This document shows, in pieces, positions 1-11,282 of a stretch of DNA of 64,000 nt. The first letter of the stretch is position 1. Each line of letters begins with the position of its first letter. Below the pieces are notes generated by a model. The model was not told the origin of the DNA. It was given only the letters and a program-made list of their open reading frames with translations, and ran no database searches. This DNA comes from a virus: IMG/VR virus record IMGVR_UViG_3300037484_000235, positions 27,588-91,587 of that record; one strand, written 5' to 3'. Made by a program: the position numbers and the translations under genes.

Positions 1-209
1 TAATTGGTGCAGTCCGGATACTTCAATCCCACAATGAGGAACTTGCCGTGCTCCGAGGCCCTTAGCACCTTCCAGTTCTTAGGATCCGGGTTTCCGCCCG
101 TGCGTGTGGGGGTTTCTACGCAGGTGTTGATGAAGGCTCTGCCGCCCTTCAACCCACCGATCTTGGTGTTGCTTGTTTCAGCAGGGATGCTGCTATTTGA
201 CATGATCAT
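1..209 (-). CDS. Partial conserved phage hypothetical protein (runs off the window start)
   Basis: Hand translation from ATG 209: MIMSNSS...GNPDPKNWKVLRASEHGKFLIVGLKYPDCTN, open to the window edge. Confidence 0.6.
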   Translation of the reverse strand, partial: MIMSNSSIPAETSNTKIGGLKGGRAFINTCVETPTRTGGNPDPKNWKVLRASEHGKFLIVGLKYPDCTN

Positions 210-242
210 TCCACCAAGTCCCATACACACCTCCCACTGGGT

Positions 243-542
243 TCAGTTTACGTCCACGAAATCTAGGGCACACACACAATCGAATCCACTCTGGCTACCA
301 TCCGCAAGGAAGTGCCCTCGCAATTCGACTACAGAGGTATTTGGGCGTGTTTGATTTGCACCCCTACAGTAGCCCTCGCAAGTGGACTGTTGAAGGGTCC
401 CTTTGACCACCGCATTGGGCTGAGCCTCCGGAGGTGGATCAAAGTGAGAGAAGGCATTTAGGACAAAGGAGAAGAGCACTGCTACCGTAACCACAACCAC
501 CAGGGTCACAATCGCCCAACCCAAGATTTTGAGTGCTTGCAT
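243..542 (-). CDS. Small membrane-anchored hypothetical protein
   Basis: N-terminal hydrophobic helix ILGWAIVTLVVVVTVAVLFSFVL and Cys-containing C-terminus. Confidence 0.55.
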   Translation of the reverse strand: MQALKILGWAIVTLVVVVTVAVLFSFVLNAFSHFDPPPEAQPNAVVKGTLQQSTCEGYCRGANQTRPNTSVVELRGHFLADGSQSGFDCVCALDFVDVN

Positions 543-547
543 AGGCT

Positions 548-1465
548 TCACTTGGAGGCTCCATGTTGTGCGGTTACCATGGCACACAAGGTGTGAAAGT
601 ACTCAATAGGAAACTCCTGTTTCATTTTGTTGATATCCTTGTGTACCCACTGCACGTTCCCCTCAATGTACCCTAATTTGCTGTTTATCCGGTCAACGGA
701 AGCATCGTTTTTATTCCTTGTGCGGAGGCTGAATGGAATTGGCATTCCAGTGAGCACACACCGTCCCTTTTGTGCTTCGTACAGAGACCACAGATACTCT
801 ATGGTGACTTCGAATGGTATGGCCCTCACCTGCGCCCCTCTTCGGATACGACCAAAGAATGTCGTTGATAATAGTCCCACACCTGACCATGCACCTCGTG
901 GTGCGCAACCACAGTTGTTTGTCTTGTTGATGGACAACAAATCTGGGCGCACCCTTACCTCATTACCACAGGAACATTGACAGATGGCTTTGTACTTCGC
1001 GTCTGTTGTGAATCCCATAACAGTCAGTTTGTCGAACACATCACCTACGGACACGGAGCGTAGGCCATCCCAACGCTTACGGGTGTTGTTAGAGAGCAGA
1101 CTCCGAATCTCCGGCCTGGACTTTAACGCTTTACACAGCGGGTTGAGTTCCCCATTGAAGTCAGCGTGATTCTCAGACATCCGGATCTTGGCCTCATCTG
1201 TATGTTTTCTCCCGAAAAATGGATTTCTCTCTCCGGAACTCGCCTCGGACAACTCCTTGCGCCTCTCATTTGAGACCTTGTGCCCCTTACTCCACAGCCC
1301 GCATCCGGATTGCTTACACGTTAAGGATGCGGCCATCTTGGTGGACTCAGATACAAGAGGCATACCCGGGAAGCGCACACGAAACGTTGGGACATCCAAA
1401 TCGTGCTTACGTATGTGGCTCATCAGTGACTTGAAATCACTTTTACATATAGGACATGTGATCAT
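548..1465 (-). CDS. Homing-endonuclease-like protein (Zn finger + NUMOD3 + HNH-type domain)
   Basis: CPIC...H-x3-H N-terminus; NUMOD3-like NPFFGRKHT; C-terminal SVDRINSKLGYIEGNVQWVHKDINKMK. Confidence 0.75.
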   Translation of the reverse strand: MITCPICKSDFKSLMSHIRKHDLDVPTFRVRFPGMPLVSESTKMAASLTCKQSGCGLWSKGHKVSNERRKELSEASSGERNPFFGRKHTDEAKIRMSENHADFNGELNPLCKALKSRPEIRSLLSNNTRKRWDGLRSVSVGDVFDKLTVMGFTTDAKYKAICQCSCGNEVRVRPDLLSINKTNNCGCAPRGAWSGVGLLSTTFFGRIRRGAQVRAIPFEVTIEYLWSLYEAQKGRCVLTGMPIPFSLRTRNKNDASVDRINSKLGYIEGNVQWVHKDINKMKQEFPIEYFHTLCAMVTAQHGASK

Positions 1466-1498
1466 ACCCTACGAAGGTATAGGGGGATCAACCGGTCT

Positions 1499-2449
1499 TC
1501 ATTTGGAGACTTGAGAGGCCCAGAACATCTCTTGGGCCTCTACACACAGGTCATTGAGCTTCCCTATATCGGGGGTCTTTCGAAGAGTGGATTCGGTGTA
1601 GAGTACCTGCATTGCGGCATCTTCTCGTTCAGCCCATGAGATCAGGTCGTCGTACTTCATCTCGCCTCGTCGGATAGCGAGCAGCTCGGCTGCGTCTGGG
1701 CGTTTCACGATCACACCCTTACCCTCTAGGATCTCCCGACACATTTTCAGGAGACGGACTAGGTGTAATCCGTGCTTCCCGTCAAATCCAAAGGCCCGCT
1801 CCATCTCGGAACGCTTTGGATTACGATTGGCTTTCCAGTTCTCGTGCTGATTCCACCGATCAAGTGCAGCCTTGTACTGCTTTTCCTTTTGGACAAGTTC
1901 CATGACATTGGGGGAAACTTCGATGTCTTCAATGACCATCTTGTCAAAGGCCCCCATCATGTCACTCGTGATCTTCATTGTGGCACTGAGTCCGAACTCC
2001 TCTCGGGTTGGTCTGTGGGTTGGTGGATTGAGAACATATCCCCTATGCGTACGAATCCTTTTGAGTTGAGCCATCGCGTATCCGCTAAATGTGTGGCGTG
2101 CCTTCTTCGAGATGAAGAGATCCCGGTTGTCTCGGAGGAGCTTGCCCGCTGGGTGCAGCATACGGATATCGGACTCGTCTACGAACAGAGTCTCGATGAT
2201 GTTCGGATTGCAGTCCGCAGCAAGGTTGCAGAACTTGCGGATGTCGTAGACAACCGAGTCGAGATCTGGATGGCCGTTCTTGGGGTTTCGTTCACACTGC
2301 TCGAACGTATACGCGAAGCCCTGGACGTGGCTACGAGGGGCGACGGCAAAACCACGGACGTCTACATCTGACTCGGGCGTAGAGGTGCCGTAGGCGTGCG
2401 AGCCATAGGTGACTAGGTAAACGGTGTGTTCGTCAATGTCGAAGTTCAC
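1499..2449 (-). CDS. DNA polymerase-beta superfamily nucleotidyltransferase (RlaP/YcgL-like)
   Basis: GSHAYGTSTPESDVDVRG (GS...DxD), NPNIIETLF, KHGLHLVRLL, LLAIRRG motifs. Confidence 0.8.
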   Translation of the reverse strand: MNFDIDEHTVYLVTYGSHAYGTSTPESDVDVRGFAVAPRSHVQGFAYTFEQCERNPKNGHPDLDSVVYDIRKFCNLAADCNPNIIETLFVDESDIRMLHPAGKLLRDNRDLFISKKARHTFSGYAMAQLKRIRTHRGYVLNPPTHRPTREEFGLSATMKITSDMMGAFDKMVIEDIEVSPNVMELVQKEKQYKAALDRWNQHENWKANRNPKRSEMERAFGFDGKHGLHLVRLLKMCREILEGKGVIVKRPDAAELLAIRRGEMKYDDLISWAEREDAAMQVLYTESTLRKTPDIGKLNDLCVEAQEMFWASQVSK

Positions 2450-3157
2450 TTGGGCTCGTTTTCGTAGGTCGTGGGCTTCCAGATCGCTTGCTCATATCCC
2501 TTACGCGCTTGGGAGAGGGTATGAAGATGTTCGAAGACCCCTGGGGTGTTGTGTCTGCTTGCCTTGAGGCCGATTTCAACGATTGCTTTTTCAGCCGCAG
2601 CGTTGAGGTCGTCTGCCGCCTTGAGGGAGTCTTCCATCCTCTTGCGTGTGGCAACAAGAAGCTGGATCTGATCCGCGCAGTCCCGAATCAGTTCGTCCTT
2701 CTGTCTCACCAGGGCCTCACTCTTGAGGAGTAGGAGGTTTGCGTCCTTGAGGCGGTCAAGCTTGGCGAAGACCTCCCCAATGGCAGCCTCCATCTTGGAG
2801 ATCGGACCACCAGGGTCAGCGTTCAGATCGAAGCGCGACGCTTGGATCAGGTCGGAGAGTTCCTCTTGAGATACCATCACACAACCTCGTGCTTCGCGTC
2901 GAGCGCATCGAGGTCGCCGCCAAGGGCACGGTAGGCCGAACGCATGTGTCCAATGATGATCTGGTCATCGGATGCCATCACCTGAATCAGAGCCGTGTAC
3001 AGGTGGTTACGGGCATCCACCTGTACCGTCTCCAGACGCTTCATCTCCCCGATCACTTCGACGAGAACATCCTCGTCAGGGTGGTAACCCTCCGTCAACG
3101 TGCACAGTTCGGCTTTGCGGGTGTGGGTCATGGGAGTCATGTTGGTTCCTCGTCTAG

Positions 3158-3187
3158 GTAACGGATAGTCCCTACCCCATTACACGA
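3158..3187 (-). promoter_or_regulatory. ECF-like phage promoter
   Basis: TCGTGTAA-N16-CGTTAC, then GAGG RBS and ATG 3140; the TAA in the -35 box is the stop of ORF 3180-3539. Confidence 0.75.
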
Positions 3188-5555
3188 TTCGTCGAGCACA
3201 GGGAGGCCGGTGACTACGATCGTCGGTCTTTTCTCCGCAGTCGGAACACAGGTCATCCGCCGTTCGGAGCTGGAACGTGTGATGAAAGGCCCCACAGTAG
3301 TCGCACTTCTCTGTTTCCCAGTCGCTGTTCATATCCCGCATCCGATGGTTACCCTCACGCAGGGACGTTCCTTGCTGGTCCGTTCGAGTGAGGCGCTCCT
3401 CAGCGTCCCCAAAGAACCGAATCAGATTTGCCATTGCTTCACGGGTCAGTTCTGGAGTTGTGTATTTGTCCACACCTCCGGACCACTCTCGATAGCGAGG
3501 ACCATCCGGCGTGTTCTTTCGTTCAATCCATCGAGCCATTGGAAAGTCCTTGGGTGCGGAGAACCCTGAATGTAGTGGTGTCGGTCTCGTTGATCCTTAC
3601 CACTATGATTTGTATCGTATCCCCTACGCGAATATGAGTGCCTGGGGGGTCTGTGTCTTCAGACTTTACGGAGTAGCTCTTATGGTTGCGACCAAAGCGG
3701 TCCAACCAAGGGCCGATGACACTTATGAGAAAGACAGAGTTCGAAGGACTCTCTGTTGGAGCTGATGCGAACGGGAATGGATCTGAAGGGTCATCTCCGT
3801 AATCCAGAAATGTGTCAGATACAATGCCCTCAGAGATCAAACCGTTGTGAGCGGACTTGACCCCAAACCGTGCACAGTGATCGATACATCGGACCCACTC
3901 AGACTCATCCACTCCAGGTGGCACATGAGAACGCAACACAGCTAGTGATTGCTGATGTGATCCTATCGCTTTCCTCTCTTCTGCGATGGAGTGGAAATGC
4001 CACCAGAATCCAACCACACCAATTATTGCGAGAGCAACAAGGGTGACGGAGATGACCTTCGTCCACCAGACTACTCCGGTCAACTTCTGGCTCCACCAGA
4101 TCCGACGTTCCCTTTTGAGTTCCCTCTCCCGCTTCTTTGTCAGCCCATTGGCGCGCTCCTCTGCCTCTCGAAGTTGTTGTTCAAGAACTTCGTTCTTGGC
4201 TTGCAGGTGGTCCTGCTGGTTCCGGAAGCTCATGTTGGTGTACCAGTCGGGAGGTCTAGAATCTTCTCGCAGAAGTCACACTGATGTGACCCCTTCTCTC
4301 GAACATCATCCCGAAGAACAAGCTCGTGCATCAAGGCTAGCTTCGACCCCTCAAGGACATCCTGGCGGCTATCTCCGATTGCCGATAGGATGAGCTTCCC
4401 ATGCAAGTAGGTCTCGCATTTCCACCGACCTAATCCGAATGACTCGTCCCCAAGATCCCCATCATCTCGGGCAACGATCAGACGGGAGTCCGCAAGAATC
4501 AGGTTCTCGTAGACCTGCCTCATACCCCACCTTCTGTCGCACCACCGTGCTGTGGACAAGCCACCTCTCGGACTACAAGGTGGCAGGTGCATCCTTCAAG
4601 GTAGTCACCATTCTCAGGTCGGGACACGTTGCACAAGGCATCCCACGCAGCCAGTAGCCCACGCTCGATTCCAGACAGCCGATCCCCGGCCTCTTCCCAA
4701 GTCACAGAATAGACTTGGAGCTTGGCCCAAAGACCCGGCGCGTACTCCCCCGTGATGTCAAATTCCACAGTCGTGTAATCTACATCCACAGTCGGAATCC
4801 GAGTCTCACTCACGGTCGCGTGGACGGAAAGTTTGTTGTTCAGTATGCAAACAGGGTTCCCGCACTCATCACGAGATTCACCCTCATCTGCACGGCGGAC
4901 TCTCTTCCAGAAGGTACGCTCATGTTCATTCTTCCAGCCCCTGTTCGCAAACATGGCCTCAATCTCTTCGTACTTCATTTCGACACCTCACTCGGTGGGA
5001 TAACGGAGAGGGTGCTTTGGTGAAGCATCACCACCTCTTCGACGGAGCACTTCTCACACCGGACTGTCCGAAGGCCAGGACAGGCCAGGTCTGGCTGAAC
5101 CCAGAATCTAACGTCCTGCGGGGGGCTCGTAGGGGAAGCCGCTCTCACATGACGAACGGTCCCGTCAAACACAAAACGAGTCCCCCCGAATTTCAGTTGT
5201 GCACCCGAGAGGGCACTTAGGGGGTCGTTAATCTGAATGACGGTTACCCGGACTCGGGTGCCTTTGGTCACGTAGGTCATGTGGTCTTTCGGTGACGGCG
5301 ATAGAACTCCAGGAGGGTCCACAGCCCGTCATCATGGAGAATGCCACCAAGCTGGAGCATCTCCTCTCGTGCCCTGGAGTCGCCCATACCACCGGCAAAT
5401 CGGCGGGTCGCATCGTCGTACCCCTGGACGATCACCTCCAATTCGGCGAGCTTCACTAGATGTTCAGCCTCCAGCACCTTCTCGCGTGCCAGGCGCTCTA
5501 TTTCTTCTCGTGCGGCCCGTGCCTTTGTCATTGCCATGGTAGATCTCCTACCTGT

Positions 5556-5586
5556 GTAACGGGGTGGGCTAGGGGGATTTACACGA
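5556..5586 (-). promoter_or_regulatory. ECF-like phage promoter
   Basis: TCGTGTAA-N17-CGTTAC upstream of ORF 5277-5537. Confidence 0.7.
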
Positions 5587-5687
5587 TTGTCGGATAGCGG
5601 TGACGGACCAATATAGGACTATGACGGAGAACGCCAGAATCACCCCGGCAATCCAATCGAGGCCATTGTATCTATCGAACCAGTCTA

Positions 5688-5843
5688 TCACTCGTCGTCT
5701 TCCTCATCCCCATAGGAGCCCGGCGCACAGCACTCTTTGTCTGGTTCGCATTGGGCCTTTACGCATTCATCACAGAAATCCCCAGGTTCTCCGATTGTCG
5801 TCTCGAAACAATCTCGGCACCCACAGTGAATATATCCCGTCAT
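5688..5843 (-). CDS. Small Cys-rich acidic protein (51 aa)
   Basis: MTGYIHCGCRDCFETTIGEPGDFCDECVKAQCEPDKECCAPGSYGDEEDDE; overlaps neighbours by 4 nt on both sides. Confidence 0.6.
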   Translation of the reverse strand: MTGYIHCGCRDCFETTIGEPGDFCDECVKAQCEPDKECCAPGSYGDEEDDE

Positions 5844-6123
5844 CGGTAGGCACTCAGCCAGCTGGCAATCTCGGAGATGGTCTTGCCCGTCAAGTCAGCG
5901 GTGTGGTCCTCGAAGGTTGAGGTGTTTGTTGCCCCACCCTCGACCGTGCACCCGTCTGAGTCGAACACGATCTCAATGGCCCATGGCCCGTTGTCCCATT
6001 CCGCCTGGACACCTCCAGTCGGCGTTGGGAAGATGCCTGGGGCACCGATGTCCGGGTGTGCAGCGAGTAGGGCGAAGAGCACCTCACGCGAGCGACTGAG
6101 TGCGGCACCGGAAGGTGCATCTC

Positions 6124-6188
6124 CATAGCCATCAAGCCAGCCTGGCTTCAGGAGGTCATAGCCATCATTAAGCCAGCCTGGCTTCAGG
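6124..6188. repeat. In-frame tandem duplication in ORF 5840-6238
   Basis: CATAGCCATCA(TTA)AGCCAGCCTGGCTTCAGG x2, encoding LKPGWL(N)DGY twice. Confidence 0.85.
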
Positions 6189-7840
6189 TCTCCCAGTTCC
6201 TTGATGCGTGCCTCCAATGCTTGTAGGGTCAGGGTCATCGGTAGATCGGCCGTGTGCTAGGTTGTACATCCTCAGGGGACACCGTTGGGGCGAATCCACG
6301 AAGACGCAGGCCACCAGTCTTCGTGACGCTCTCGACGACGTACGCTTCGTTCGGGTGCATGTACACTGAGGCTTTTCCCATGAAGAATCCGACCCGCCTC
6401 TTCTTGGCCTTGTGCTCGTCACGGTCAATCGCTGCTTGACGCTTCACGTCGGCAAGTCGGCACTCCACTTTGTCTCCAGGACGAAAATCGGTTTGGGTCA
6501 TTCTGGGCTCCCATCTTCACTGACGTACACGTCCGTCCGGACCGTTAGATCAGCACCCACAGGGAATTTTGAGGCCCTGACCCCGGCCACAACCGGAGAC
6601 CTCGCGCCGAGTGACGACACCCAATAGTGATTTCCGTCCCACATCTCACAGATGTACTGCTTGCCGAGCCACAGCCCGATCCCAGCGGCGATCATTTCAT
6701 CGGTCACTTCGGCACCAGGAACATTGGATCGGTGATCCCCCGGGTCTGCTCATTGAAGGTGCTCTGCTGGGAGTCGAACCGAGCCATGAGGGAGGTATGT
6801 ACCCCACTCACCATCATCTTCTGGTGCCAGTCCGGGGGGTAGTCGTAGCCACGCCGGAGCTTGATGGCATCGCAGGTCGCTCGGAACTGTGCGTAGTTCT
6901 CGCAGGCGGTGAGTGCCTGGAACTCCTCGGGGGTCATGTTCGTTTCACGGGGGAGCGGACCACCGAGATTCTTTGCAATCTCTGGCGCTGCAATGTACCG
7001 GAGGTCTCGGAAGTTCTGCGTATCTTGGGGGGTGTGCATGGGTCTTTCCTAACTACGGGCGGAGCGTGAAGGCGTTGACAGAGAAGATCTTGGTGGGCTT
7101 CTTCACAGCCCAGATCTCCACGCGAGAAGGGCCGCAGCACTCACAGTCAGTGACCACCTTGTGTCGGAATTCATCCCCAAGAACATTGGAGAGGTTCCAG
7201 AGATTCTCAACACGAGCCAGTCTGGCGCTCAGCATGAAGGGGAACTCCGCCTTGCGGAAGGCTCGGAACACACGACGCTTTTCATACTTTCCCATTGGTT
7301 CCTCCTAGATGTCCCGACTGAGCGTGTGACGGTTTTCTTCTTCGTCGAGGGCTCGATCGACGCTGGCGTACATGAGTTCCTGAGACGAGTAGGCTTCTGA
7401 GCCGTAGCGGGGGGCCGTTTCCGCCCAGTGGCCTGAGTTCCTCGGATCCGTGCCCGCAGCCTTGATGTTGGAGAACAGGCGGGCCATGCGTGGAGGCAAG
7501 GCGTAGCCCTTGCGCACCTCCCGGTAGAAGTGGTTCCACCGGCGGCCATCCGGGCTCTCGGCAACGATGTAGTGGAGAAGGGAGAATTCGTCCTCACCAA
7601 ATTCAGTCAGGCCGACCTTGACCAAGTCGTTGCGGGCGAAGTACACGAACTTCATGACGTGATCTCCTCGGGGGTGCGGTCGATGATCTTGGCAGCCATG
7701 TAGGCGAGCCAGATCGCTTCGGGGGTGGCAGACGTGGAGAAGTGCTCCGCAATCTCTGGGCCCGTAAGACCCTGGCAGACCGCCGCGCGTACGCGGTTGA
7801 TGAGCTTCTCTGTGTCGTTCGTGGTGTCCATCTCACCTAT

Positions 7841-7870
7841 GTGACGGGTGGGTAGAGGAACATTACACGA
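7841..7870 (-). promoter_or_regulatory. ECF-like phage promoter (variant -10)
   Basis: TCGTGTAA-N16-CGTCAC, then GGTGAG directly followed by ATG 7831. Confidence 0.65.
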
Positions 7871-8229
7871 TTGCCAAACCGATTTCTATGTGCGCCCGCC
7901 GTCGTCCGACCACTGGCCCAGCTCCCGGAGACTGAGCTTGGCTTCGTCGTGGTGCCAACAAAACACGCAAGAAGGCCGACCGTTGCCTGTAGGCACACCT
8001 CTCGTGCAGAAGCCAGCAGGATCCACACGATGCATGGTCCCGTCCGCAATTATCGCAGGCGGGTAACTTGTGCCCAGATCGAAGAACAAGGGCATCTCGA
8101 AGGTTATCTTGAAGGGTGATGGTCGTGCTCGGCTTTTAAGGGTCACCAAACTCAGGTCCCGACGATCTTCCCTGGGCCAAGTCCAAACGAAGTCGGACAC
8201 CAATTTCCCGTCAGGGTAGTCCGTCATGA

Positions 8230-8709
8230 TCAGTACTGGTAGCGACTTCGGTTCTGCGGGGGTTCGATGCCCTCCGCACGAAGACGATCCAAGTTCTCCG
8301 GTGTGTTGCAGATCTTCTCGAACACCTCGAACACGCCGCCACTCTTGCCGTCCGCCGAACAGCTGAGTCCCTGGTCATCCCGATTCTTGTTGGGGGCGTT
8401 CCCTGGGTACTGATTGGCTGCTATGAGGATGAGCAGGCGAGGCTCGACAGGAACCCCCGGGAAGAGTGGGGTGGTCGGTTCGTAGACGCCGAGAGAGAAT
8501 GTGAACCCATACCCGTGACTGAAGATGGTCGCAGGGCACCCCAACTGAATTGCTTCCCGTACGGTCTTCCACTCCTCTTCCGTAAGTGGGCGTGTTTCCG
8601 TGTAGATGCCATGAGGGCGATGATGAGGGCGCCCACTAAAGTAGTCCACTGTGGGGGTGCTGGTGTGGATGTCCTTCCACAGGGCGAGCAAGGTCTCAGC
8701 TGTGTTCAT
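8230..8709 (-). CDS. Hypothetical protein
   Basis: ORF MNTAETLL..., overlaps 8706-9068. Confidence 0.55.
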   Translation of the reverse strand: MNTAETLLALWKDIHTSTPTVDYFSGRPHHRPHGIYTETRPLTEEEWKTVREAIQLGCPATIFSHGYGFTFSLGVYEPTTPLFPGVPVEPRLLILIAANQYPGNAPNKNRDDQGLSCSADGKSGGVFEVFEKICNTPENLDRLRAEGIEPPQNRSRYQY

Positions 8710-9068
8710 GGGTCTAGATCCTTGAGTTTCTGAGCCAGTTCCCGATAGCGCTCTACCCCCATCACACCCATCGGACTCAAAGGTTCCTTTCCAGAGTCCG
8801 AGTTCTTGGGGGTATCCCCCGAGACATAAGGAAACTCCAATTGCCCCCACCGTGGGTCGGACTCGGGTAGCAACACTACGAATGCCCGGAACCCCTCCCC
8901 ATCCGCCGCAGTCGACTCGAAGGCACAGTTGGGAGCTACGCCTTGGAGTAGCACATCGCAGGCGTCTCTCAGACGCGTGAGCGCCACAGAGTCGCCTATG
9001 ATGTACACCTCCTCATGTTCTCGGAAAGGAGCGTAGACGTGCAGCGAATTAGGGAAGGTTCGGTCCAC
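8706..9068 (-). CDS. Hypothetical protein
   Basis: Tiled ORF downstream of 9074-9754. Confidence 0.55.
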   Translation of the reverse strand: MDRTFPNSLHVYAPFREHEEVYIIGDSVALTRLRDACDVLLQGVAPNCAFESTAADGEGFRAFVVLLPESDPRWGQLEFPYVSGDTPKNSDSGKEPLSPMGVMGVERYRELAQKLKDLDP

Positions 9069-9073
9069 GGATT

Positions 9074-9754
9074 CTACCTTGTTGCAACCGCCCGCTCTTC
9101 GGAGGCGAGAGGCCGACGACGGAACGAGTGGTTGATTGAGTGCACATTCGCGATGCGCAGGAATCCGGGCTCATCATGCTTGAGCATGAGTGCCTGACTC
9201 AGCATCGTGTCCGCATCCGGAACCCCGTCTCGGGGGTGCGCACAGAGGGACCTGACGACCTTTCCGTTTTCGTCAAGGACATCCACGTTCGCGCTCCGCC
9301 CACGGTTGATCCGGTACTTCTTGCCGGACTTCGAGCAGAGCATGAACCAGTCCTGGTTGGTGAGCTGGGCCCGTTGTTCGTCCGTCAGGTGCGCTCGAAG
9401 TAGGGCTTCTGCTCGCCCGTCGGCTGCGGCGCGTTCACTGGCCCGGAGTGCATCCTTGACTGCCCACTCCTGGCGCCGAAGCTCATCGCGTGCAATCCGT
9501 TCCGTACGCTGGGCGTCAGTCTCTGGTGCGCGGGGTGCCGCTGCTGAAACGTAGGACTGAACCCAAAGTGGCCAGATACCACTTGTGCCAGCACTTGTAA
9601 CGGAGAGCGTCTGGGAATTCCAGGCGTTCCACACAAGGCTATTTGTAGTATTGGTACAAGCCGTTGTGGAGGAGTCCAACCACCCCTTCCATATAAGAAG
9701 TGGTTTGGGGCTGTACACAGCCTCCGTCGGTGCCGTTATGACCGACGTGGGCAT
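9074..9754 (-). CDS. Hypothetical protein with C-terminal LCAHP domain; partner of the GG-ending protein
   Basis: Trp/Thr-rich N-terminus, charged helix, then LCAHPRDGVPDADTMLSQALMLKHDEPGFLRIAN; ATG 1 nt after the upstream stop. Confidence 0.7.
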   Translation of the reverse strand: MPTSVITAPTEAVYSPKPLLIWKGWLDSSTTACTNTTNSLVWNAWNSQTLSVTSAGTSGIWPLWVQSYVSAAAPRAPETDAQRTERIARDELRRQEWAVKDALRASERAAADGRAEALLRAHLTDEQRAQLTNQDWFMLCSKSGKKYRINRGRSANVDVLDENGKVVRSLCAHPRDGVPDADTMLSQALMLKHDEPGFLRIANVHSINHSFRRRPLASEERAVATR

Positions 9755-9755
9755 T

Positions 9756-10061
9756 TCAACCACCGGCCATTGGCGGGACAAGTACGACGCGTCCGGCCTT
9801 GGGGTCGAACTCGGTCATCTGGTCCCCGTTGACCCCCTTCTCATCGGTGCGGAAGGCGAGGTATCCCTTTGCCCGAAGGTCATCGAAGCTACGACGAGCA
9901 TCGTCGCATTCGATGACCTTCGTTGGATCCCAGATCTTTTTCACGTCCCCAGAGAGCCCCATCGTCTCGAAGACGAGGTTACCCTCTCGGACGAGAGCCT
10001 GTAGCGCATCCTCGTTGAGGACTTCCTTGGTTCCATCGTGCCGCTGAATCTCGAAATTCAT
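9756..10061 (-). CDS. Small protein with ubiquitin/MoaD/ThiS-like C-terminal di-glycine tail
   Basis: Ends RVVLVPPMAGG-stop. Confidence 0.7.
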   Translation of the reverse strand: MNFEIQRHDGTKEVLNEDALQALVREGNLVFETMGLSGDVKKIWDPTKVIECDDARRSFDDLRAKGYLAFRTDEKGVNGDQMTEFDPKAGRVVLVPPMAGG

Positions 10062-10645
10062 CTGTGTATGTCTTTCTGTTGTCCCCCTAAGGGAGAACCT
10101 GTGCTGCCTTACGCTTTACCGTCAAGAAGTCTCACCCTTCTCCAAGAATTCTCTTCGCCATGAAGCGAAGGTGAATTGCAGAACTTTCAAATCGATCTGG
10201 ACTGACCCAACGGTAGTGGATGGAACTTGCACCATGGTAGGGGCCGCGCGAGACCTTCGGTGCGTCTTCAACCCGAGCATTGTTCTTTGCAGCGTAGCTG
10301 CGCCACTGGCGCTCACAGTCCGCTAGGGACTCTTCAATCCCGATGCCCTGCCAAATGGCAACATAGAAGAGCCGTTGGATACGTGGCATCTCTGAGTCGG
10401 CCTGATCTGCCCCAGACATGGATTTGATCATGTACTCGTGCTGCTGCCCAAGTTGGCGCATCTGAACGAAGAGCTGCTCCTCTTGTGCCTCGGTGATGCC
10501 CGGACCTCGAATCACGGCAGACCTCCCTTGGTTCGTTTGGTGAGCTTGTCGCTGAACGTGAGGCCAACCTTCTTGGGGGCGTGCATGCGTGTTCCGACAA
10601 AGTATCCGACCGTGAATCCAACGATGACTACGAGCGCGTACCCCA

Positions 10646-11086
10646 TCACTGTTCGTCCCCGTCCTTACGTGACAGAGCCCCCTCATGTTCGTCCTTGAGA
10701 CGCCGCAACGCCCACGCATCGATTGCGGCGAAGAGGGCGGAGCGGACACTTTCTACGTGCGCCACGTCATCCGGGGCGAATCGTGATGCCTGCGCTTGTG
10801 TACACGCACCAGCATGGTCACGCACCGCCGCCACGATTTCTGCATCGTTTTGCGATCCTACCACCCATGAAACCCCAGAGCACAAATCCCCGTAATTCTT
10901 GTGATCTCGGGGCATGTCGCAGGTCACCCCAGGGAAACCGGGAATCGGATCCCCACAAAGGTCGTCTCTCTCGTAAAGACGACGATGCACGTCGACCGGT
11001 TCAGCACACAAGTCGCAAGTGTCGTAATCCTTTCCACGCCAGGGCTGGAATCGATGCGGAGCATACACTCTGTTTTCATTCGTCAT
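10646..11086 (-). CDS. Hypothetical Cys/His-containing protein
   Basis: ORF MTNENRV..., CxxC motif. Confidence 0.5.
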   Translation of the reverse strand: MTNENRVYAPHRFQPWRGKDYDTCDLCAEPVDVHRRLYERDDLCGDPIPGFPGVTCDMPRDHKNYGDLCSGVSWVVGSQNDAEIVAAVRDHAGACTQAQASRFAPDDVAHVESVRSALFAAIDAWALRRLKDEHEGALSRKDGDEQ

Positions 11087-11282
11087 AGTCAGGTTCCCGA
11101 TGAGAGAGGAGTGCACCGCAGATAACACCAGTGAAGGCAACTAGGATAGTCGTGATAATCCACCCAGCCCCACCATCTGGGAGATCACTGAATCGTGCCG
11201 TGGGTCCTAGAACGATGAGTGCCACTACTGCGGGAAGCGTCACCGAAGTCATGGGAATTGCAAATGACAGAAATCGTCTCAT
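11076..11282 (-). CDS. Small two-TM membrane protein
   Basis: Two hydrophobic stretches; overlaps 11279-11599 by 4 nt. Confidence 0.5.
   Translation of the reverse strand: MRRFLSFAIPMTSVTLPAVVALIVLGPTARFSDLPDGGAGWIITTILVAFTGVICGALLSHREPDYDE

Larger units (their letters stand above)
2446..8227 (-). other. Array of small hypothetical CDSs: 2446-2880, 2877-3140, 3180-3539, 3523-4233 (TM), 4230-4523, 4520-4978, 4975-5280, 5277-5537, 5569-5691, 5688-5843, 5840-6238, 6235-6501, 6498-6707, 6704-7039, 7053-7295, 7305-7655, 7652-7831, 7886-8227
   Basis: Head-to-tail minus-strand tiling, mostly with 4-nt stop/start overlaps; three ORFs under 60 aa found by hand translation. Confidence 0.65.

Noticed and set aside
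4771..4780. TCGTGTAATC on the plus strand
   Set aside because: It lies inside an antisense CDS with no CGT box 16-17 nt downstream; likely chance.
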